Shown here: piece by piece, positions 10,866-20,236 of the stretch | How positions within the stretch are numbered: the stretch's first letter is position 1 | How the letters are laid out: the number at the start of each line of letters is the position of its first letter | DNA from: Octopus sinensis | Lineage: Eukaryota | Length of the DNA stretch: 22,212 bases | NCBI RefSeq assembly: GCF_006345805.1 | Contig: NW_021836973.1 | Location: 1 to 22,212 of the forward strand | Reading direction: 5' to 3' | Notes under the pieces: model-generated | Told to the model about the DNA's origin: nothing | The model's database searches: none | Seen by the model: only the letters and a program-made list of their open reading frames with translations | Translations under genes and position numbers: made by a program

Positions 10866-11361
10866 TTTACATGATGGCTGCCCCCTCGTTATCGAGTATG
10901 GCCATTACACGAAGCTTAACTGTTATTGGTGCTGTGATCGAATGCGACTTTTTAGCCCAGCTAAAGATCTACAATGTCTTGTACAGAATTGGCAATTAAT
11001 ACCTTTACCGGCAATAGCCGGCTGTAGTTGTAACTGGGCTTCGTGTACCTTTGCATGTCGTTTAAGTCCTCCCTTCTACATACCTGGCAGATAGGATTAC
11101 TATGGTGTGTAACACCACCACCAGTGGCCAGGTTGTCACTCATCTGTCTCGCTTTATGACTACGAAGATGACTCTTGAGTCCAGCTTTACTGAGGCAGGG
11201 TCTTGCACAGACACTGCATGTCAGCATCATAGGAAGTACTCTTCCCATCTGGAAGTGTAACAGCGATGCCCTTCCTGACATCCCTCCTTACATTCTCATG
11301 CGCAACTCGAGATTTCTCAAAAGTAGCTGTTCCCTCGCGCACAATCCTTTTCCACCTGCTA
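10866..11361 (-). mobile_element. RTE-clade LINE 3' end with three tandem C2H2-type fingers
   Basis: RWKRIVREGTATFEKSRVAHENVRRDVRK, then CSVCARPCLSKAGLKSHLRSH (11218-11156), CQVCRR/GGLKRHAKVH (frameshifted), CQFCTRHCRSLAGLKSRIRSQHQ* (stop 10923-10925); short 3' UTR ggccatactcgataacgagggggcagccatcat. Confidence 0.85.
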
Positions 11362-11364
11362 TGC

Positions 11365-11516
11365 ACACATGCATGCATGCATACATGCACTCATACATGC
11401 ATACATACATACATACATACATACATACATACACACATACTTACATACGTACTTACATACATACATACTTACGTACATACATACATACATACATACATAC
11501 ATACATACATACATAC

Positions 11517-11547
<31 letters not shown>

Positions 11548-11582
11548 CATACATACATACATACATACATACATACATACAT
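11365..11582 (+). repeat. (CATA)n microsatellite
   Basis: Direct reading. Confidence 0.95.
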
Positions 11583-11609
11583 GATTATGATGACAGTAGC
11601 AGCAGTGAC

Positions 11610-12190
11610 CGTGCATGAGGTTACTGCAGCTGCGGGCTTCATGCTTGCCGTCGCGCCCTCCAAATCAACCGGGCATCTGAAAGTCGCCTGACCAGCAATT
11701 GGAAAACCTAAAATTTTAGACCCAATAAGGTTTGCACAGCAACTCTAAGATCCTCTTCAGCTTATTGACTTGATCCAGACACAAGTTAAGGCAAGATAAC
11801 CGGTGCCAATATGGGTTGTAAGCACATGAATGTGGGAACGCCGTGAATCTCAAGTGCAAGTAAAATATTCCCAAAATGTTCAATGCCATTCCCTGCATAT
11901 GTGGTTTTAGATCAGAGTGACCTTTCTCTAAGGCATGCTTCAACAAAAGCAGGTCGGACATCGACCCAGGGTTTCTGAAGGCTTGTGCTATTGCTAGATA
12001 GTCGTTGACCCAACATTACGTTCATCCGTCCTTGTGACAGGCGTTGCTTTTAGTCCGGCTAGATTTCTAGCGACCCTCTGCACCAGGTAACCCTAATGTT
12101 GTTACTGGTTTAGTCGCCGAAGACCCGACCATACAACAGGTTGTACTGGATTCCATGTAACCTGTAACATTCATGAGAGACCTCACAGGT
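11610..12190 (-). mobile_element. Old CR1/L2-like LINE 3' fragment
   Basis: VVWS..LVQRVARNLAGLK, then SDLLLLKHALEKGHSDL..FPHSCAYNPYWHRLS..LDQVNKL, loosely matching the CR1 C-terminal VQRRATK/GDLIxxYK/NxWNxLP motifs; multiple frameshifts. Confidence 0.5.
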
Positions 12191-12306
12191 AACTTGACAC
12201 ATCCATCCATCCATCTATCTATATACACGCACACACGCACGCACACCCACACATGCACGCACACACATGCATTTCGTATACACTTATACATACATACATA
12301 TATATA

Positions 12307-12788
12307 TATATAAAATTAATTAAGGGTAAAATTGATATTTATCAATTAAGACCAGTGGTCTAGCATATTAAAAGAATCCGAGATTAAATATTTATATATA
12401 CCAATTAAGGACTGAACACGAAAAGTGGACAGTCAACATGCTAGATATAGACGTCAACGCCATTCACCACAAAAGATTATGTTCTCAGATCAAACTCACA
12501 CAAAACCATAGCAATAGACAAGTGAAAAATATACGAAATAAAATAATTACCCATGTACTAAATTAGTTTCAGCTGTATTTTCCGCAAGGAAAACTGCAGC
12601 CATCATCAGCATGGTCCGTTATAAATGTAATTTGATGGACTAGATGCAAACACGATACGCGAAATATCGCGTGCATGGAGCTCAGCCTATTACATTAGAA
12701 TATTCTTTCAAATGCCTCTACTTTGGCGCGTTGGAACCCGAGAAAATTAGCCTGCAGCTAATACTTAGCACAGTTAATTTATCGGTTA
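12307..12788 (-). mobile_element. Inverted copy of a ~498-nt hammerhead-containing non-coding repeat (Penelope-like pLTR or retrozyme-like)
   Basis: 12307-12546 is the reverse complement of 12786-13030, and 12395-12788 is the reverse complement of 13045-13440; contains the hammerhead at 12551-12614. Confidence 0.8.
12551..12614 (-). ncRNA. Type I hammerhead ribozyme (canonical core)
   Basis: Minus strand CCAUG-CUGAUGA-U-GGCUG-cag-UUUUCC-uugc-GGAAAA-ua-CAGCU-GAAACUA-auu-UAGUA^CAUGG: 5-bp stem I, stem II with an inner hairpin, 4-bp stem III, GUA cleavage predicted between 12556 and 12555. Confidence 0.9.
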
Positions 12789-13440
12789 TTTTATTTCGTA
12801 TATTTTTTCACTTGTCTATTGCGATGTTTTTGTGTTGAGTTTGATCTGAGAACATAATCTTTTGTGGTGCATGCGATTTGACGTCTATATCTAGCATGTG
12901 ACTGTCCACTTTTCGTGTCAGTCCTTAATTGGTATATATAAATATTTTAATCTTCGGATTCTTTTTTAATATGCTAGACCACTGGATTAATTGATAAATA
13001 TCAATTTCTACCCTTAATTAATTTTATATAAATAATATGTTCTCTAACCGATAAATTAACTGCTGCTAAGTATTAGCTGCAGGCTAATTTTCTCGGGTTC
13101 CAACGCGGCAAAGTAGAGGCATTTGAAAGATATTTCTAATGTTAGGCTGAGCCATGCACGCGATATTTCGGTATCGTGTTTGCATCTAGTCCATCAAATT
13201 ACATTTATAACGGACCATGCTGATGATGGCTGCAGTTTTCCTTGCGGAAAATAACAGCTGAAACTAATTTAGTACCTGGGTAATTATTTTATTTCGTATA
13301 TTTTTTCACTTGTCTATTGCTATGGTTTTGTGTTGAGTTTGATCTGAGAACATAATCTTTTGTGGGGATGGCGATTTGACTCTATATCTAGCATGTTGAC
13401 TGTCCACTTTTCGTGTTTCAGTCCTTAATTGGTATATATA
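12786..13440 (+). mobile_element. Partial tandem (1.3 units, period 498 nt) of the same hammerhead-containing repeat
   Basis: ttattttatttcgtatattttttcacttgtc recurs at 12786 and 13284; the copy ends by merging into (TA)n at 13433-13449. Confidence 0.8.
13215..13279 (+). ncRNA. Type I hammerhead ribozyme (second copy, one stem I mismatch)
   Basis: CCAUG-CUGAUGA(13220-26)-U-GGCUG...CAGCU-GAAACUAAUUUAGUA^CCUGG; cleavage predicted after 13274. Confidence 0.85.
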
Positions 13441-13449
13441 TATATATAT

Positions 13450-13657
13450 GCATGTGACCGTGTGTGTATCGTTGGCAATTTCGTTCTCTGTCTTCTCTTC
13501 CTTGGCCCTTTCCTTCTTCTATGTTTCTGACGAAGAGCTCCGCTCGAAACGTTAAATTCTCCTTCTTTCTTTCTTTCCTGCCCGAGCGTCCAATAACACT
13601 ATACTTGTTCCACTCCTCGCGTTCTTGTGTTTTCTCTTTGTTCATGTTTGGAGTAAC

Positions 13658-13658
<1 letters not shown>
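13450..13658 (+). mobile_element. Short hammerhead-bearing element (probable Penelope-like 3' end) between (TA)n runs
   Basis: Pyrimidine-rich ~210-nt island bounded by TA repeats and carrying a minimal hammerhead. Confidence 0.6.
13523..13557 (+). ncRNA. Minimal type I hammerhead ribozyme
   Basis: GUUU-CUGACGA-A-GAGC-ucc-GCUC-GAAAC-GUU^AAAU: palindromic loopless stem III (AACGUU), 4-bp stem II, weak 4-bp stem I. Confidence 0.75.

Positions 13659-13722
<64 letters not shown>
13659..13722. repeat. (TA)n microsatellite
   Basis: Direct reading. Confidence 0.95.
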
Positions 13723-13726
<4 letters not shown>

Positions 13727-14822
13727 TATTTGTGTCACAATGAAATTATAAATTTGAACTCGGACGTATATATGTGCACCTGTGGATCTTAATGTCGTGT
13801 AAACAGAATGCTTTTATTTCATATTTTCGTATGTATATGCAGATATTTAACACTTGCATGGTATTGTAGTACTATTGTGACTATATTGCTAATAATGGAA
13901 TCTATGTATTGTTTTTCTAGTATTAGCGTTATTATAATAATATGAATGATGATATTGGTAGCATTAGTGGTAATGACAATGATAATGATGCTAACATTAA
14001 TGACATTTTGGAAATAATAAGACTAATAGAAAGTAACCTTGACTCTGTATATCTGCATTTTAGGTATTAATATGTGTATGTTTTTCTACATTGTATTATC
14101 ACAATATTAAGTTGATAAACTGTAACTTGAATGTGGAACATATGTATGTTTATTGATTTAATTTATTTATATCATTATGTATATGTATATTTATATGTAT
14201 AGGAGTATGAGTATATGCACTCATATGTATATGTATATTTTTTATTATGGTATGTACCCACACCTATAAGTGTTATGTAATCTGATTTGTATCACATAAT
14301 CTCCGAAGAGGCCTTAGGATATTTTTGTAAATGTCTCATTTAGACCTCCATATTGACCTACCATAAATGGCTAATATAAGTAAAATGAGACATACTTATC
14401 TGCATGGCCGAAACAGCTGTAAGATGTAGTCTATATTTATATTTATTTACTTATATTTATATTCTCTTATACATATTGTACTTATTGTATAACATTACTC
14501 CTTTATGTACACTCCTTTATGTACACTGTTTTGTCTATATTATTATGTTTCACCTTATAGTTTCTATGTGGTGGTTTAATAAATTATGTGATTGGGTATT
14601 ATCTGGTATTGATATTTGATTTCGATGTATTTCTCTATTTTCTTATTTTGTATTATGAATTTTTGGTAAAACATTTTACCTTTGCCCCTATGATACAGTA
14701 AATGAATTAATTGCATCGCATTCTTAACATTTATGTATTAACTTTGTTGGGTACTTTCACTAGCAGTATATTGGATATATGTTATCCCATGGAGGGTTGC
14801 ATTTACAACCCCTATCTCAATT

Positions 14823-14825
<3 letters not shown>
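13723..14825 (+). mobile_element. AT-rich ~1.1-kb element between (TA)n runs carrying a variant hammerhead (probable Penelope-like terminal region)
   Basis: T-rich plus strand, TA-repeat boundaries, hammerhead at 14299-14425; no recognisable ORF. Confidence 0.45.
14299..14425 (+). ncRNA. Variant type I hammerhead (CCGAAGA core, ~100-nt extended stem II)
   Basis: AUCU-CCGAAGA-GGCC...[AUGUCUCAUUU 14331-41 / AAAUGAGACAU 14383-93]...GGCC-GAAACAG-CUGUA^AGAU; stems I, II and III all close. Confidence 0.7.
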
Positions 14826-14855
<30 letters not shown>

Positions 14856-14970
14856 AGAGAGAGAGAAAGAGAGAGGGAGAGAGGGAGGTAGACAGATAGG
14901 CAGATAGATAGATAGATTAAAATATTTATTCATAAAATATATATATATATATGTATTTTTGTATGTTTAC

Positions 14971-15157
14971 GTTTGTCACCCCCACCATCGCTTGACAACC
15001 GATATTGGTGTGTCTACGTCCCCCCTTACTTAGCAGTTCGGCAAAAGACACCTATATAAGTACTAGGTGTACAAAGAATACATCCTGGGGGCGATTTGTT
15101 CAACTAAAGGTGGTGCTCCGGCATGGCCGCAGTCAAATGACTGAAACAAGTAAAAGA
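14971..15157 (+). mobile_element. SINE family A 3' half
   Basis: gtttgtcacccccaccatcgcttgacaacc...ggccgcagtcaaatgactgaaacaagtaaaaga. Confidence 0.9.
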
Positions 15158-15262
15158 AATATATATACGTGTATATATGTATGCGTGTGTATATATACAT
15201 ATACATACATGCATATATACGTACACACAATTCTCACATACACATTAATACATGTATATATG

Positions 15263-15453
15263 TTCTTTTACTTGTTTTAGTCATTTGACTACGGCCATGC
15301 TGGAGCACCGCCTTTTAGTCGAGGATAGCGACGCCAGAACTTATTCTTTGTAAGCCTGGTACTTATTCTATCGGTATGTTTTGCCCAACTGCTAAGTTAC
15401 AGGGAACGTAAACACACGAAAATCGGTTGTCGAGGGAACAAACACAGACACAG

Positions 15454-15486
<33 letters not shown>

Positions 15487-15662
15487 TATATATATGTATA
15501 TACACACACGACGGGCTTCTTTGCAGTTTCCCGCTACTAAATCCACACACAAGGCTTTGGTCGGCCCGAGGCTATAGCAGAAGACACTTACGCTAGGTGT
15601 CACACAGTGGGACTGAACCTGAAACCATGTGGTTGGGAAGCAAGTTTCTTACTACATAGCCA
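15263..15662 (-). mobile_element. SINE family A, near full-length
   Basis: Tail tcttttacttgttttagtc, internal (CA)/(TA) tract, head cagtgggactgaacc...ccatgtggttgg. Confidence 0.9.
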
Positions 15663-15722
15663 GATAGATAGATAGAGATAGATAGAATTATATATAAAAT
15701 ATGTATTTATACGCGCATATAA

Positions 15723-15766
<44 letters not shown>

Positions 15767-15778
15767 ATATATATATAT

Positions 15779-15826
<48 letters not shown>

Positions 15827-15840
15827 ATGTGTGTGTGTGT

Positions 15841-16046
15841 GTGTTTGTGTGTTTGTCCCCCTCATTGCTTGACAACCGATGTTGGTGTATTTATTCCCCC
15901 GTTACTTAGCGGTTCCGCAAAAGAGACCGATAGAATAAGTACTGGGCTTACAAAAAAGAATAAGTCCTGGGGTCGATTTGCTCGACATAGGCGGTGCTCC
16001 AGCATGGCCGCAGTCAAATGACTGAAACAAGTAAAAGAGTAAAGAG
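15841..16046 (+). mobile_element. SINE family A 3' half
   Basis: gtttgtccccctcattgcttgacaaccgatg...cagcatggccgcagtcaaatgactgaaacaagtaaaagag. Confidence 0.9.
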
Positions 16047-16449
16047 TATATATGCAGTGCGTATACATATACATATACATTCTCTCTCTCTCATCTCCTC
16101 TCCTCTCTCCTCTCTCTCTCCTCTATATGATATATATATATATATATACACATACATATATACATACAGCCCACACACATGCATGCACATGCGCACTCAT
16201 ACACACAAATAAAGTTAGCGATGTATTATTTGGCAAACGAACAGACACATCAGTCGTATAGATGTGTCGTATCAAATACGAAATATATTTACTTCCACCT
16301 TTGATAAACATTCAGCGGTGAATTGAAACAACTGTTGTCAGGTATTAAAATCGTTAATAAGAGAATTATTGACTCTCTACGTGTAAGTCTATTGAGGAAT
16401 ATAGTGAGAGGTGTAGGGCCCCGACACTGTATCAGTTGTTAGTAGATAT

Positions 16450-16995
16450 TGTGTGTGAGTGTGTATGTGAGAAAGTGAGTGAGTGAGTGAGTGAGTTAGA
16501 GAGTGAGTGAGTGAGTGAGTGAGTGAAGAGTGTGTATGTGTGTGAGTGAGTGAGTGAGTGTGTGAGTGAAGAGTGTGTATGTGTGTGAGTGAGTGAGTGA
16601 GTGAGTGAGAAAGTGAGTGAGTGAGTGAGTTAGAAAGTGAGTGAGTGAGTGAGTGAGTGAGTGAGTGAAGAGTGTGTATGTGTGTGAGTGAGTGAGTGAG
16701 TGTGTGAGTGAAGAGTGTGTATGTGTGTGAGTGAGTGAGTGAGTGAGTGAGAAAGTGAGTGAGTGAGTGAGTTAGAAAGTGAGTGAATGAGTGAGTGAGT
16801 GAGTGAGAGAGTGAGTGAGAAAGTGAGTGAGTGAGTGAGTGAGTGAGAAAGTGAGTGAATGAGTGAGAAAGTGAGTGAATGAGTGAGTGAGTGAGAAAGT
16901 GAGTGAGTGAGTGAGTGAGAGAGTGAGAAAGTGAGTGAGAGAGTGAGTGAGAGAGTGATTGAGTTGAGTGAGTGAGTGAGTGAGAGAGTGAGTGA
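16450..16995 (+). repeat. (GAGT)n compound satellite with 43-nt and 142-nt higher-order duplication
   Basis: The marker gaagagtgtgtatg occurs at 16525, 16568, 16667 and 16710. Confidence 0.92.
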
Positions 16996-17017
16996 ATATG
17001 CTCGCGATCTTTTGTCA

Positions 17018-17505
17018 TTTACTTGTTTCAGTCATTTGAACTGCGGCCATACTGGGGCACCGGCCTCAAGGGTTTAGCAGAAAAGAAAAACCATTCGACC
17101 CCAGTATTTATTAAGTATGGTAACGATTCTACCGTTCTCTTTTGCAGAACCGTTAAGTTACGGGGACGTAAACAAACCAACACCAAATTTCAATCGGTGG
17201 TGGGAGAGGCACATTCACAACCCCCACCCATCACTCACTCACTCTCTCTCTCTCTATCTCTCTCTCTCTCTCTCCTCTCTCTCTATATACTTATATATAT
17301 ATATATATTATATATATATATATTATATATATTATATATATGTATGTGTATGTTGTACGATGGGCTTCTTTCAGCATCCATCAGACAAATCTACTCACAA
17401 AACTTTGGTGAATTTGGGGCTATAGTAGAAGACACTTACCCAGGGTGGCGCGCAGTGGGACTGAACCAAACACCATGTGGTTAGGAAGCAAGCAATGCCA
17501 GCACC
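17018..17505 (-). mobile_element. SINE family A, diverged, with expanded internal microsatellite
   Basis: tttacttgtttcagtcatttg tail; gctatagtagaagacactt...cgcagtgggactgaacc head. Confidence 0.85.
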
Positions 17506-17809
17506 GAGCAATATTCTTACCACAAAGACGGTCAGGAAAATTAAGAAAGTGTTTCTCAGTTCAAATCCTACCAAGGTCAAAACTGCTTTTATTAATTAAA
17601 AGAGAAACAAACAAACAAACAAAACAAAAATGCCAATCACTGATGGGGGATTAGAGTTTAGGGTATGATACCTTGCGATCTTTTACCGGTTATTTACCTA
17701 ATGATAGCAGCAACTTCGATAACACTGGTGACAATCTGTAGTGGTCCAAGTTCGTGGGCCCTTGACTTGGATATACTTCAGAAGTATGGAGCGGAGAGGG
17801 AAGACATGC

Positions 17810-17842
17810 ACAAACACACACAATATACATACATACACACAC

Positions 17843-17925
<83 letters not shown>

Positions 17926-18290
17926 CTTATATATATACAATATAAATTATATGTCTATATATATATATATATATATGCATATATATTATATGTATATCTA
18001 TTTTATATATATATATATATGCATATACATACATCGTATATACATATACATATACAAATTATATATACATATACACATATATATATATATATATTCATAG
18101 GTAACAAGCAAGATTGCATAAGTCTGCACATACATGCATAATATGTGTGTGTGTCTGTGTGTGTGTGTATGTGTGTGTGGTGTATATTTATATATATATA
18201 TACACACATATTTACACACAAATATTTATATATATATACATACGTACAATATATGTGTGTGTCTATATATATGCACGTGCCCGTCGATTA
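17810..18290. repeat. (TA)n/(CA)n/(TG)n microsatellite field
   Basis: Direct reading. Confidence 0.92.
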
Positions 18291-18529
18291 CGACGTATGG
18301 GCATGTAGTTGGTCATTCAACAAGAGGGACATTGAATTAGCATGCTTGTGTGTAGACCTTTAATGTAATTTTCAAGTAGAATCAGCGTAACGAAGTGTGT
18401 GTGAGGTTGCACGTGTGTGCGTGTATGTGTGTGCGTATATGTGTCTGCATGCATGCATGTATGTGTGCATGTGTGAGCGTGTGTGTGTGGTGTGTGTGTG
18501 TGACAAAGCGATTCATATGAGTTCATGCT

Positions 18530-18668
18530 ATGGTCCACCCGGCAGTCTTCCGTACAGTTTCCTCGCCACCCAGTTTTGCTCTCAGGAGGCTGCTTAACTA
18601 TTGCGTCACGTTAGAGATCGAAACCAGGATACTAGGGTTTGGAGGCGAACCTTCCAACCACACGACCA
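18530..18668 (-). mobile_element. Old tRNA-derived SINE head fragment
   Basis: Minus strand ggtcgtgtggttggaaggttcgcctccaaaccctagtatcctggtttcgatctc has A/B-box-like spacing similar to the family A head. Confidence 0.5.
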
Positions 18669-18679
18669 TATATCTATAT

Positions 18680-18682
18680 GCG

Positions 18683-18715
<33 letters not shown>

Positions 18716-18764
18716 GTACATATATACAAATTAATAAACAGACACATAGATAGATATACACATA

Positions 18765-18798
<34 letters not shown>

Positions 18799-18819
18799 TG
18801 CATACATGCACATACACAT

Positions 18820-18853
<34 letters not shown>

Positions 18854-19190
18854 GCATGCATACATGCACATACACATACACATATATATATATATATATA
18901 TATATATGCATGCATACATGCACATACACACATATACATACATATACAAATGCATATATATATCCATATGTGTGTGTGTGTGTGTGCGCTTGTTTATGTG
19001 CTTATGTATGTATGTATGTATTTTTGTGTGTTTATGAATGTATGACTGTACATGCGCACATGTAGGCACTCACACCTGCACACGCATATACGCACATGTA
19101 TGCACTCGCACATACACACATATAAAGACAGAGACAGAGAGAGCGAGAGAGAGAGAGTGTGTGTATGTGTGTGTGTGTGTGTGTGTGAAA
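18680..19190. repeat. Mixed microsatellite field including three ~55-nt higher-order copies (gcatgcatacatgcacatacac + TA run)
   Basis: The unit recurs at about 18796, 18854 and 18909. Confidence 0.85.
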
Positions 19191-19559
19191 GTAAGGGAGT
19201 GAGAGTATTGCATAAATTGATACAGTTGTGGTTATTTTCATTGGTTTGGCGGTTCTCACCTCCACGTACGCAGCGCTGTGTGTGCGCGCGTATGTGATAT
19301 CCTATAACAAATGCTATCTTAATAAATGCTGTTCAGGCACTTCTACATTTGCATGAAAGGTGGGTGTGATCGCAAGCTGTATTGTCGCTGCATATCACCT
19401 GGAATCCAGCATCGTGTATCGTTGTGCATTAATGTATGCACGTACATGTGTACACCTAAGAGTGTTTGTGTTTGTGAAGAACTGTCTGTGCGTGTACGAA
19501 GCCGTATATATGTGTGTGATGTCTATGAGAGAGAAAGAGTGAAAGAGCGGCAGGAAAAC

Positions 19560-19599
<40 letters not shown>

Positions 19600-19689
19600 G
19601 AGAGAAAAACAGAGGAAGACAAGAAAGGAAATGGTAAGAGAAAAAGGCTGAGGTGTTACAACTAACAGTTGCACCTCGCATGAGAAATA

Positions 19690-20230
19690 GCTGAAATGTG
19701 ATTGGGGTGGCTTGTACTATAACGTAAGAAATCTGGGGTGGCTTGCACTATAACATGAGGAAGTTTGGGTAGCTTGTACAGTAAAATGTGGAAGATAAGG
19801 GTGGTTTGTGTTGTGAAGGGTAGAGTGGAATGGCAGAAAGTGGAGTGATTTGGTTTGTAAAGAATGGGAAGCGGGGTGGTTTGTACTGTGTAATGTGGGA
19901 AGTTGGCGTGGGGTGTATTGTAATATGTGGAAACAGGGATAGGGTTTTGTATTGTGAAAAGTAGAAAACGGGGTGGTGAAAATTGGGGTGGTTTGTAGAG
20001 TGAAAGACGGAAAATAAGGGCAGTTTGGATTGTGAGGTGAAGAAACTGGGGTGGATTGTATTATAAAATGGATAATCTAACGTGACTTGTATTTTTGAAG
20101 GGTGGAAAGTGGGTAGTTTGTATTGTAATGTGTATAAACTGGTGTGGAGCGGGGTGTATTGTGAAAGATGGTAACTGGGGTGGTCTCTGTTAGGAAGGAT
20201 GGAAGCTGGGTGGAAACTGGGTATATTGAT
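19690..20230 (+). repeat. Degenerate G-rich minisatellite, ~31-32-nt unit (approx. GAAACTGGGGTGGTTTGTATTGTGAAATGTG), about 16 copies
   Basis: Recurring ggggtggtttgta/ttgtattgtgaa words at ~32-nt spacing. Confidence 0.8.
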
Positions 20231-20236
20231 TCCAGA

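Noticed and set aside
12307-13440. Pure sequencing fold-back artefact as the explanation of the inverted repeat
   Set aside because: The arrangement is not mirror-symmetric and includes a spacer and a tandem period. However, the indel-rich differences between arms suggest consensus errors, so fine sequence differences are uncertain.
17640-17790. Minus-strand [15 protein letters not shown] resembling the LINE RT 'NYRPISL..SKLLE' motif, or alternatively a small exon
   Set aside because: Too short and degenerate to choose between the two readings or to support either.
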